NCBI GenBank assembly: GCA_039815375.1
Contig: JBCBZJ010000037.1
Span: 1 to 22,459 of the forward strand
DNA from: Verrucomicrobiota bacterium
GTDB taxonomy: Bacteria > Verrucomicrobiota > Verrucomicrobiia > Opitutales > Coraliomargaritaceae
Direction: 5' to 3'
Length of the DNA stretch: 22,459 nucleotides
The notes below the pieces were generated by a model. That model worked only from the letters and a program-made list of their open reading frames with translations. It ran no database searches and was not told where the DNA came from. The translations under genes and the position numbers were made by a program. Positions 9,259 to 17,792 of this stretch are shown here, piece after piece (the first letter of the stretch is position 1; each line of letters starts with the position of its first letter).

Positions 9259-10362
9259 CTACTCTTCCAAGCGGATGACAGGAATCTCAACAGCATTGTC
9301 GAAGATATCATCCGACTCAACTTCGGTAAACTCCCCTTCAACCAAGGGGTCTGCTTCAACCACAGTTATTTGAACAGGTTCAGCCAAGGGCGGTGGCGGC
9401 GAAGTGCTGACGGTTGCCGTTGGCACAGCAGCCGGTGCAACGATAGTCTCCGTCCGACTGTCCACATTGGCGGCACTTCCGGAGGCACTGACCTTCAGCT
9501 GCTGGCCAACCTGAAGGGAGCGTGGATCAGTGATGCTGTTCATGGCAAGAAGCTCGCCGGTTGTCATACCATATTCACGGGCAATCTTTGCCGGATACTC
9601 GCCAGCCTTGACGGTGTGCATACGCGAGCTGGAAGATGATGCAGTCGTTGCAGAGGAAACCGAAGGTGGTGCAACTGCAGCGCCGCCCACTGGAATAATC
9701 AAGGTCTCACCGATCTGAATAACATCAGAATTTTTACTGTTCGCTGCCTTGATCGCCTTGACGGTGGTGTCGTATTGCTTCGCGATCTTGGAAAGCGTGT
9801 CACCACGCCGAACAGTATACGTCGTGGAAGACTGGTTGTATCCGGTTGGCTGATACGCATCCGGCGTCACGGAGCTGACCGTGGCCGTGCTGCCGTCAAC
9901 AGGAATCTGGATTTGCTGGCCGACGCGAAGGACCGAGTCCTTATTCAGGCCATTAGCCGCGTAGAGCTCACCCAGAGAGACATTATAGCTCTTGGAGATC
10001 GACCAGAGACTATCCCCCCGCTTGACAGTATATGTCTTGAAAGAAGGGCCTGAGATATCTACCGTCTGCTCCACACCGAAAGGCTCAATCGGTGTGACAT
10101 TATCGAATTCGCTGAATTCATTACCACCATCGAAGCCAGCATTGAAAGCCGCATCCAGACCGTCGCCTTCGGAGAGAACCGTGGTGGGCCTAAAACCATC
10201 TGTGCTATCTGCGACATCATCGATATCGGGCAACGTTGTGCTGTCCTGCGTATACGTCTGTGTTGGCGGTTGTGCGGTGCGACAGCCGGGCTGAACAATC
10301 AGCACTGCAATGATACATACGTGGAGGCCGAGGACACAGCCGAAGAGTTTGGATACTTTCAT
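9259..10362 (-). CDS. Membrane-anchored protein with three LysM peptidoglycan-binding domains
   Basis: Three LysM repeats (YTVKRGDSLWSISK, YTVRRGDTLSKIAK, HTVKAGEYPAKIAR), a hydrophobic N-terminus ending QPGC, and acidic or Ser/Thr/Pro-rich linkers. ATG at 10362 preferred over 10410. Confidence 0.92.
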   Translation of the reverse strand: MKVSKLFGCVLGLHVCIIAVLIVQPGCRTAQPPTQTYTQDSTTLPDIDDVADSTDGFRPTTVLSEGDGLDAAFNAGFDGGNEFSEFDNVTPIEPFGVEQTVDISGPSFKTYTVKRGDSLWSISKSYNVSLGELYAANGLNKDSVLRVGQQIQIPVDGSTATVSSVTPDAYQPTGYNQSSTTYTVRRGDTLSKIAKQYDTTVKAIKAANSKNSDVIQIGETLIIPVGGAAVAPPSVSSATTASSSSSRMHTVKAGEYPAKIAREYGMTTGELLAMNSITDPRSLQVGQQLKVSASGSAANVDSRTETIVAPAAVPTATVSTSPPPPLAEPVQITVVEADPLVEGEFTEVESDDIFDNAVEIPVIRLEE

Positions 10363-10417
10363 GGTAGTTGCCTTAAATAAGTCGGTTTTCTTGAGAATAA
10401 TTGAGATCAAAGGTCTT

Positions 10418-11665
10418 CTACAAACCTAAAACTATGGAAATGAAGGATTTTCCGCGTTCCTCATAAGAACTGAATTGGTCGAAACTGGAGAAACCAGGGC
10501 TCATCAAGACGCTTGCGCCATCACCGATCTGCTGCGCAATTTCTGCTGCCCTGGTCACTGCATTTTCAAATTGTGGACAATGGTGGACCGTTTCGAGGTT
10601 TTCCGACAAGGTTTCAATCATTTCAGGAGCAGCCTCGCCGTAGACAACGGCAGCATCGACTTTCAGGGAAACCTCATGGGCGAACAAATCCACATCCCCC
10701 CCCTTGAGGCTGCCTCCTCCGATCCAAACAACAGGACGAGGCACAGCTTCGAGCGCTGCTAATGTGGCGTGAAAATTAGTTCCTTTCGAGTCGTCCCAGA
10801 AACGAATGCCTTTCTTCTCTACAGCAACATTGAGACGGTGAGCTGAAGGCTCGAACGTATTGGCCGCTTCAATCAATGCGCTTTCCTCCTTGCCTGCCAT
10901 CCACCAATATTCTGCCGCAATAAAATAGTCCTCGCTGAAAGGGTGGCGTTTAAAGAAACAATCGCCCGCAAGTTGATTGATTACCGTCTCATCTCCCTGC
11001 GCGACTACAGCTTGATTGAGCTCTTTGCCAAAGACTTTAAACCAATCAACGACTTGTTCACCGACAACGGCAATTGCACCCTCTTTTAAACAGTCAAAGA
11101 GTCTGGCTTTAGCCATGAAATAATCGGACATACTCTTATAACGATCCAAGTGGTCCTCTGCAAAATTCGTCCAGAGTAAGGCATCCAGCTCCAAGCCATC
11201 TGTAAGTTCGGCTTGAAACGAGCTAATCTCACAAACTGCCTGAGCCTCGTCAGTATTCTCATATGTCTGGACGATATCACTGAGCGGCACACCTATGTTA
11301 CCCGCAGAGACTGATGGATGACCCGATAACTCGAGCGCTCTGGTCAACAAACGCGTCAGTGTGGTTTTTCCATTCGTTCCCGTGACTCCGACAATCTTCC
11401 CGAGCCAATGCTCGGCTGCGAAAGCAAGCTCCGACTGGCAAAGAATACCCGACTGTTCGGCTAGCACTCGCCAAGGATGTTGGGCCGAAAAACCCGGACT
11501 AAAGACAAAGCGGTCAAACTCGTTATCGCCTCCCACTTCGAAGACGGCCCGATCGCCCTTGCCTGACTCATCAAAAAGAACCGTTTCATATCCCTTTGCG
11601 AGTGCGAGTCGGCGAGCCGCTTGACCGCTGATGCCGGCCCCAAAAATGGCAACGCGCTGAGACAT
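10418..11665 (-). CDS. murD: UDP-MurNAc-L-Ala:D-Glu ligase MurD
   Basis: GAGISG, SPG, GVTGTNGKTT, GNIG, EISSFQ, DHLDRY, HRL, DDSKGTN, SFDQFSSYEERG. ATG at 11665 lies 4 nt after the mraY stop; the longer start in the track would overlap mraY. Confidence 0.96.
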   Translation of the reverse strand: MSQRVAIFGAGISGQAARRLALAKGYETVLFDESGKGDRAVFEVGGDNEFDRFVFSPGFSAQHPWRVLAEQSGILCQSELAFAAEHWLGKIVGVTGTNGKTTLTRLLTRALELSGHPSVSAGNIGVPLSDIVQTYENTDEAQAVCEISSFQAELTDGLELDALLWTNFAEDHLDRYKSMSDYFMAKARLFDCLKEGAIAVVGEQVVDWFKVFGKELNQAVVAQGDETVINQLAGDCFFKRHPFSEDYFIAAEYWWMAGKEESALIEAANTFEPSAHRLNVAVEKKGIRFWDDSKGTNFHATLAALEAVPRPVVWIGGGSLKGGDVDLFAHEVSLKVDAAVVYGEAAPEMIETLSENLETVHHCPQFENAVTRAAEIAQQIGDGASVLMSPGFSSFDQFSSYEERGKSFISIVLGL

Positions 11666-11669
11666 TGTT

Positions 11670-12770
11670 TCAGCGCAATTTGAGCGTCGCCAAACCAGCC
11701 ATGGCAAAAATCAAAGACAGAATCCAGAAACGGATAACAACTTTATTTTCATGCCAGCCCTTGAGCTCGAAGTGATGGTGAATCGGCGACATCTTAAAAA
11801 TACGCTTACCTCGGGTCTTGAATGAGGCGACTTGAAGGATAACCGAACCCGCCTCCATCACGAAAATGCCACCTACGATAATCAGCGTGAGCGGTTGATG
11901 CACCATAAAAGCGATCATCCCGATAAGCCCGCCAAGGGCAAGTGATCCCGTATCGCCCATGAAAACTTCGGCTGGGTGCGAGTTATACCAGAGAAAGGCA
12001 AGACTTGCACCCAGCAGAGCAGCGCAAATGACGGTTAACTCACCAACGCCGGGAATAAAGCTAATGAAAAGGTAGTCCGATATAATCGCGTTTCCGGCAG
12101 CGTAGGCCATGATCGCATAAGCTAGCGCAACCGTCACGGTGCAGCCAATCGCCAGCCCGTCCACACCGTCAGTCAAGTTGATCGCATTACTCGAACCCGC
12201 GAGAACGAGAAAGAGAAATGGCGCGAGTATCCAGAGTGGCATTGCACTGATCAGCACATCCTTGTAAAAAGGCACCCAAAGTTCACGCATCTTTCCTGCT
12301 GACTCGGGAACATTGAGCAATAGCCCCAGAGCGATGACGGTGAGTAAAGCCTGGCCGGCAAGTTTCCAACGGCCCGAGAGCCCGACGCTGTTTCGTTTTG
12401 CAACTTTCAAATAATCGTCGAGAAAACCAATTACAGTAAGCCCAAGATAAATGATCAGCCCAGTATAGACGTAAACGTTTGGTTGCGCCCAAAGGACAGC
12501 ACTTACAACTACCGAAACACAGATCATCAGTCCGCCCATAGTAGGTGTTTGAGCCTTAGCCGCATGAAGCTCCGCAAGCTCGCCAACTTCATCCTGACCG
12601 CGGAGAGATTGCCTAGCTCGAAGCTCGCGTAACTTGGCAAAAATCCAGGGGCCAACCAAGAAACCCACACCGAGCGCAGTCATGCCCGCAAAAGCGCTGC
12701 GCAATGTCAGGTAGCGGAAAAGACGGAGTGGTCCAAAAATGTGTTCCAGATCGGCAAGATAAGAGAGCAT
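11670..12770 (-). CDS. mraY: Phospho-MurNAc-pentapeptide transferase MraY
   Basis: TPTMGG, GFLDDYLK, NAINLTDGVDGLA, FMGDTGSLALG, PIHHHFE. Confidence 0.98.
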   Translation of the reverse strand: MLSYLADLEHIFGPLRLFRYLTLRSAFAGMTALGVGFLVGPWIFAKLRELRARQSLRGQDEVGELAELHAAKAQTPTMGGLMICVSVVVSAVLWAQPNVYVYTGLIIYLGLTVIGFLDDYLKVAKRNSVGLSGRWKLAGQALLTVIALGLLLNVPESAGKMRELWVPFYKDVLISAMPLWILAPFLFLVLAGSSNAINLTDGVDGLAIGCTVTVALAYAIMAYAAGNAIISDYLFISFIPGVGELTVICAALLGASLAFLWYNSHPAEVFMGDTGSLALGGLIGMIAFMVHQPLTLIIVGGIFVMEAGSVILQVASFKTRGKRIFKMSPIHHHFELKGWHENKVVIRFWILSLIFAMAGLATLKLR

Positions 12771-12779
12771 TCGGTCAGT

Positions 12780-14147
12780 TTAAATAATGGATTCTGGTAG
12801 TAGTTTTTCGAGCTGGTAGCTGCGGCTGCCCTTGAGAAAAAGTGCACCTTGAAATTCGGCAACAGCAGATTCAATCAAGCTGATATTTTCTGCGGAAATG
12901 AGCTGCGTTTCGGAGGCACCTGCCTCGAAAGCACCCTTTCGGTAAGACTCGCTGAGGCTGTCCGGCCCGACGAAGAAGACTAGATCCTGAGCCTGCAGGT
13001 TGAGCATCCGCCCGATCGACTCGTGCATTTCCTCAGCTGCAAAACCAAGCTCATTCATGGCACCTAGCACGTAACATCTCGCCATTTCCTTCGGCGCGGC
13101 ATGGACGAAAGCGCTTAACGCATCGGCCATCGAAGACGGATTGGCATTGTAGCAATCGATGTAGAAAAAACTGTCGCCGGCGGCAACTACTCGACCTCGA
13201 TAGGACTCCGGACGCCAGAGTAACAGACGCTCTGCGGACTCTTCCGGTGCGATGCCAAGTTCCTCTGCAGCAATAAGTGCTAGAGCAGCGTTCGCGGCAA
13301 TGCCCTCGCTCGGGCTGCGCACGGTGTATTCCTTTTCTCCAAGAGAGAACTTTCGAGATACATCACCGGTTAACTCGGATGAAAAACGGACGACACGCCG
13401 GACACCGTCAGGCACAATTTCAGTTTCTCCGGCAAGAACAACACAACGATCCAGCATCAGCTTAATCGCAGAATACCGCAAAGCATCAGCTGGAAGAATC
13501 AAAGGTGAACCCTTCACAGCAAACTCTGCGAGTCTTGCTTTTTCGAAAGCGATTCCATCGCGAGAGCCGAGCAGCTCCAAATGCGCCAGTCCTATATTGG
13601 TCAATATGGTAACATCTGCCGCAATCATTTTTCCGAGCAAATCCATTTCGCCCGGTTGGTTGATGCCCGCTTCAACAATTGCGAAATCCTGCTTGGTTTC
13701 GTCCAGTTCGAAGAGAGTCATCGGCACACCGATGCGGTTATTCCAATTGCCTGCAGTTGCGTGCGTTCGATCTGTGCCAAGCAAAAGACGAAGTATTTCC
13801 TTAGTCGAAGTCTTGCCGCAACTTCCGGTAATACCAATCACTGGCGGAATAAAGGCATGGCGAACACTCCGCCCAATAGCACCCATAGCGACGAGCGAGT
13901 CTGACACAATCAACTGAGGAATGTCTATGTCCAGTCGGCGTTCGGTGATCGCTGCACGTGCGCCCTTTTCTCTAGCCTGCCTAACAAACTCATGACCATC
14001 ACGAGCACCTCCACTCAAAGCAACAAAGCACTCCCCCGGCTGTAGTTGCCTAGCGTCGAAGCAAATTCCGCTTAAATCATCAGGCTCGCTGCCAGACCAA
14101 GTCCCACCCGTGGCCTCTTCAAGGAATGTTGATGAAAAATCGGGCAT
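12780..14147 (-). CDS. murF: UDP-MurNAc-tripeptide:D-Ala-D-Ala ligase MurF
   Basis: DGHEF, GITGSCGKTSTKE, NNRIGVP, AHLE, DCYNANPSSM, GAMNELG, KGSR. Confidence 0.96.
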   Translation of the reverse strand: MPDFSSTFLEEATGGTWSGSEPDDLSGICFDARQLQPGECFVALSGGARDGHEFVRQAREKGARAAITERRLDIDIPQLIVSDSLVAMGAIGRSVRHAFIPPVIGITGSCGKTSTKEILRLLLGTDRTHATAGNWNNRIGVPMTLFELDETKQDFAIVEAGINQPGEMDLLGKMIAADVTILTNIGLAHLELLGSRDGIAFEKARLAEFAVKGSPLILPADALRYSAIKLMLDRCVVLAGETEIVPDGVRRVVRFSSELTGDVSRKFSLGEKEYTVRSPSEGIAANAALALIAAEELGIAPEESAERLLLWRPESYRGRVVAAGDSFFYIDCYNANPSSMADALSAFVHAAPKEMARCYVLGAMNELGFAAEEMHESIGRMLNLQAQDLVFFVGPDSLSESYRKGAFEAGASETQLISAENISLIESAVAEFQGALFLKGSRSYQLEKLLPESII

Positions 14148-14164
14148 CGAACACGCTGCATTAT

Positions 14165-15748
14165 TTAGACGCTCTTGAGCCGGATCAGTTCACGTGCGAC
14201 CAAACGGTCGTCGAAAGGAATGACTGTTCCATCGAATTCCTGATAACTTTCGTGCCCTTTACCCGCGATCAAGACGCAATCCTGGGCGTTCGCGGCGTCC
14301 AACGCACGGGAAATGGCATCCTTGCGGTCGTCGATAAATTGAACCGCGTCGCTGTCCGGAACAGCACGCATGTCTGAGAAAATCTGCTCCAGCGCTTCGG
14401 ATCTCGGGTTGTCTGCCGTCGCAAAGACTAAATCCGAACCTTCAATAACCGCCTGCATCATGGCAGCCCGCTTGGTGCGATCACGGTCACCTCCACAACC
14501 AAAAACAACAATCAATTTACCTTCGGTAATTTCGCGCAGCATTTCACAGGCGTTGCGGAGTGCATCATCGGTATGAGCATAATCAACCAAAACGTTGTAA
14601 CTTTGCCCTTCATCAAGTCGTTCCATACGGCCAGGAACACCAGGAAAAGTCGCCAGTCGGGGCAGCAATTCATCGATGGTCCTGCCCTGCACATTCGCAA
14701 TTGCAATGGCTGCAAGTAGATTGCTGACATTGAAGCGACCAAGTAGCGGGACCGAGACATCGACTTCACCACCGGGCCAGATCAGCTTAAAGTCTGTTCG
14801 GTCATCCAGAAGCTTGACCTTTTCCGCTCGGAAGGTGGCGGCTGCATCCATTCCGAAAGTCGTGACCGGCAAATCCTTGCCTAACTCTTCTACAATACGG
14901 CGTCCGTAGGGGCAATCGATATTGATGACAGCAGCCTTTGGCCGCTGCCCCATCTCACCGGTAAAGAGGCTTTTTTTCACATCGAAGTAAGTCTCCATCG
15001 ATTTATGGTAATCGATGTGGTCTTGAGTCAGATTTAAGAATGCTGCCACATCAACCGAAAGCCCATAGGTCCGCTTTTGATCAATACCATGGGAACTGAT
15101 TTCCATGACCGTTTCAGTAGACCCGCTTTCCAGTATCTGACTTAGCAGTGCATAGATATCGACCGACTCGGGTGTTGTTCGAAAGGATGGAAGCGTGCGC
15201 CTTCCAAGATCATAGCGCACCGTGCCGATCAGACCAACACGGTCGCTGCTACCCATCAAATGCTGGGTCAGCATTGTAACTGTGGTCTTGCCATTCGTTC
15301 CAGTTACTCCAGCGATCTTCAAACGATCATCCGGCTCGTCATAGAAACGACGCGAAATCATCGCAAGCGCCTGACGCACATCAGTTACCCGAATGTAATC
15401 GATAGGAAAATGAGTGCCAAGATCTTGCTCGGTCACAATCGCAACTGCACCACGATCGACAGCTTCTTCGATGAAGTAATTTCCGTCCGTGCGCAGACCT
15501 CCAATCGCGAAAAAAAGTGCTCCCGGCACGACCCGACGGCTATCGGTAATCAGACACGTAACAGCAGCATCATCTTGTAAACGCTCCGCTTCCCGCTCAA
15601 TTCCCTGAAACAAATCTTCGACAGATGAAATCATCGAAACTTGTCCGTCATGTTTTGAGGAAAATTGTTTCAGTTGGCGTGAATGCTGGATACGTGAATT
15701 TGCTGAATAAAGAAGTCTGCTAATTGGAAAATCCGCTAGACCGATCAT
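14165..15748 (-). CDS. murE: UDP-MurNAc-dipeptide:meso-DAP ligase MurE
   Basis: GVTGTNGKTT, TTPES, MEISSH, NLTQDHIDYH, VDYAHT, FGCGGDRD, DNPR (meso-DAP-type motif), AGKGHE. The start is ambiguous: 15748 or 15634. Confidence 0.96.
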   Translation of the reverse strand: MIGLADFPISRLLYSANSRIQHSRQLKQFSSKHDGQVSMISSVEDLFQGIEREAERLQDDAAVTCLITDSRRVVPGALFFAIGGLRTDGNYFIEEAVDRGAVAIVTEQDLGTHFPIDYIRVTDVRQALAMISRRFYDEPDDRLKIAGVTGTNGKTTVTMLTQHLMGSSDRVGLIGTVRYDLGRRTLPSFRTTPESVDIYALLSQILESGSTETVMEISSHGIDQKRTYGLSVDVAAFLNLTQDHIDYHKSMETYFDVKKSLFTGEMGQRPKAAVINIDCPYGRRIVEELGKDLPVTTFGMDAAATFRAEKVKLLDDRTDFKLIWPGGEVDVSVPLLGRFNVSNLLAAIAIANVQGRTIDELLPRLATFPGVPGRMERLDEGQSYNVLVDYAHTDDALRNACEMLREITEGKLIVVFGCGGDRDRTKRAAMMQAVIEGSDLVFATADNPRSEALEQIFSDMRAVPDSDAVQFIDDRKDAISRALDAANAQDCVLIAGKGHESYQEFDGTVIPFDDRLVARELIRLKSV

Positions 15749-17534
15749 AACTTAAAGGTTGAAGCGCAAGGAAGGCATCGCCGTTACGCGATGGACGAAT
15801 GCCGAGGTAACCAATGCAAGCCTCAGCGATATTCTTAAATGCCGGTGCGGCGATTGAACCACCGTAGCCGACACCATTGAGTTTGGGCTCGTCGACCACA
15901 ACAGTGACCACGAGAGCCGGATTATCCTCCGGAAAAAAACCGCTGAACGAAGCGACGTGATGCTTATTCGAATAGCGTCCGTTGACGATTTTCTGACTCG
16001 TCCCGGTTTTACCAGCGACGGCGTAGTTCTGAATAGAGGCCTTTCGAGCGGTTCCATTTTCGCCCACCACATCAGCAAGCATACGAGAGACTGTCCGGGA
16101 AACTTCCGAGGAAACCACACGACGCTTGGCCTTAGGAGAAAACCGAACCACATCCTTACCACTTCCATCAAAGATTCGCTTGGTTAACATCGGCTCCATC
16201 AGGATGCCGTCGTTGGCAATGACGGACATGGCCGAATGCACCTGCATCGGCGTAGCACTCACCGCATGCCCCATTGGTAAACGTGTAATTGTCAGACCGT
16301 CCCAGGCTCCCACACCATGTAAGGTCCCGCTAATTTCACCTCCGAGGTCGCAACCGGTCTTTTCGCCAAATCCAAAACTTTCCGCATAGTCAAAAAGCCG
16401 TTGCTCTCCAAGCATCAGACCTAGATGTGCCGCGCCCCGATTACTCGATTTTACAACAACTTCGTGCATCGAGAGGCTTTCGTAAGTGTGATGATCGGAG
16501 GGTAGCCTAAGCGTGCGTCCCTTATAGCTCACCTTCGCCACACCAGTTTGGAACATATCAGAGGGATTGACAATGCCCTCATTGAGCGCAGCCGCTGCAG
16601 GAACGATCTTGAAAGTCGAACCGGGCTCGAAGACATCGGTCAACGCGCGGTTTCGCTGATTCGCGATCGGATATTTTTTTGTATTGTTAAATTCATTCGG
16701 ATCGTAGCTCGGGTAGTTTGCCATCGCAAGCACTTCACCGGTGCCGGGGCGACTGACGATCACACTGATCCCCTCGGGATCAAATTCTCCAGCAACCCGA
16801 TCAATCTCGGACTCAACAATATGTTGCACCATCTGGTCGATCGTAAGCTCCACGTTCAAACCATTGGAAGGATCAACCTCACGATCGCGAAATTGGGCAA
16901 GTTCCTGACGCCGACCATCACGCTCGCTTTCCCGCCATCCATCCTGACCGCGCAGGTAGTAGTCAAAGAAACGTTCAACGCCCGTTACCGGTGTTTCTTC
17001 TTTGTTCACGTAGCCAAGGACGTGTGCCGCCAACCTTCCAGCGGGATAAGATCGGGCGTGGCTTTGGTTGCTGTAAACGCCGCGTATACCGAGGGCAGCA
17101 ACAGCCTCATTCGTCGCCTCATCCGCATCCTTCATCAGAAGGGCCCAACGAATGAGCCTCACTTCTCTGGTATGCTCATCACCCTTGCGTGTTTTGGTCT
17201 CGAAAGCAGTTTGAACTTCCTCGAGCGCTTTTCCGGTCAGTCCTGCGAGCAAAGGCAGCTTGTCAAAATCCTCATCCCGCACGGACTGCGGGTCGACGCC
17301 GATGTCATAGCTTGTGCGGGTTACAGCGAGGAGATTGCCTCGGGCATCAACGATATTACCGCGACGCGATTCGATTACATTCACCATTCTGCGGTTGCCT
17401 TCGACATGCTCCAAGAGCTCTTTCTGCTCCCAGACATGCAGATAAAACAACCGGCCCAGAAGGACGGAGAATGCAAAAGCCACAACCATCGAAACGATGG
17501 ATGCACGTGCGGTTGATACGAAAGCTTTACTCAT
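15720..17534 (-). CDS. ftsI: Class B penicillin-binding protein FtsI/PBP3
   Basis: N-terminal TM, RGNIVD, RSYP, GVE, LTID, and transpeptidase motifs STFK, SSN, KTG; dcw position directly upstream of murE. Confidence 0.95.
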   Translation of the reverse strand: MSKAFVSTARASIVSMVVAFAFSVLLGRLFYLHVWEQKELLEHVEGNRRMVNVIESRRGNIVDARGNLLAVTRTSYDIGVDPQSVRDEDFDKLPLLAGLTGKALEEVQTAFETKTRKGDEHTREVRLIRWALLMKDADEATNEAVAALGIRGVYSNQSHARSYPAGRLAAHVLGYVNKEETPVTGVERFFDYYLRGQDGWRESERDGRRQELAQFRDREVDPSNGLNVELTIDQMVQHIVESEIDRVAGEFDPEGISVIVSRPGTGEVLAMANYPSYDPNEFNNTKKYPIANQRNRALTDVFEPGSTFKIVPAAAALNEGIVNPSDMFQTGVAKVSYKGRTLRLPSDHHTYESLSMHEVVVKSSNRGAAHLGLMLGEQRLFDYAESFGFGEKTGCDLGGEISGTLHGVGAWDGLTITRLPMGHAVSATPMQVHSAMSVIANDGILMEPMLTKRIFDGSGKDVVRFSPKAKRRVVSSEVSRTVSRMLADVVGENGTARKASIQNYAVAGKTGTSQKIVNGRYSNKHHVASFSGFFPEDNPALVVTVVVDEPKLNGVGYGGSIAAPAFKNIAEACIGYLGIRPSRNGDAFLALQPLSYDRSSGFSN

Positions 17535-17543
17535 TAATTTTCG

Positions 17544-17756
17544 TTAGGCTACTCTCGGATGTGAATGTTCGTTTTTATAGAGAATGGCGAGACGACGGAG
17601 CGTCTGCCTGGATGGGCGGAGTGGGCGGCAAAGGCCATGTGCCCGAGAAGACCCATCCATGGGGTGCTCAGGCACATGGCTGGAACCCTGCGTGCCCGAA
17701 CTACAAGCTGCGATGCGGTGAACGCGGCTGCGGTAGTAGTCGGAGGTAACGTGCAT
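17544..17756 (-). CDS. Candidate small protein (70 aa) of unknown function, coincident with strong RNA secondary structure
   Basis: Fills the ftsL-ftsI gap on the operon strand. The ATG follows an A-rich unstructured tract (AAAAACAACAAACAAAC), and the stop is 9 nt before the ftsI ATG. No family recognised. Confidence 0.4.
   Translation of the reverse strand: MHVTSDYYRSRVHRIAACSSGTQGSSHVPEHPMDGSSRAHGLCRPLRPSRQTLRRLAILYKNEHSHPRVA
17634..17680 (-). other. Long RNA hairpin in the ftsL-ftsI spacer
   Basis: Arms 17634-17647 and 17667-17680 form a 14-bp stem on the minus-strand transcript (13 Watson-Crick pairs plus 1 G-U; the same position is a C-A mismatch on the + strand), with an inner CCCA/UGGG stem. 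Confidence 0.7.
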
Positions 17757-17792
17757 GTTTGTTTGTTGTTTTTAGTTGAGCGTAGTTTGTCG

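Noticed and set aside
9480..10040. Repeated sequence in the LysM gene as a DNA repeat or CRISPR array
   Set aside because: The similarity is at protein-domain level only; no identical spaced repeats, tRNA or rRNA were seen anywhere in the window.
13252..13917. 221-aa plus-strand ORF, and the other short ORFs inside the mur genes
   Set aside because: Antisense or out-of-frame shadows of well-supported dcw genes.
16548..17516. 322-aa plus-strand ORF
   Set aside because: Antisense shadow of ftsI with no recognisable motifs; such shadows are common opposite GC-rich genes.
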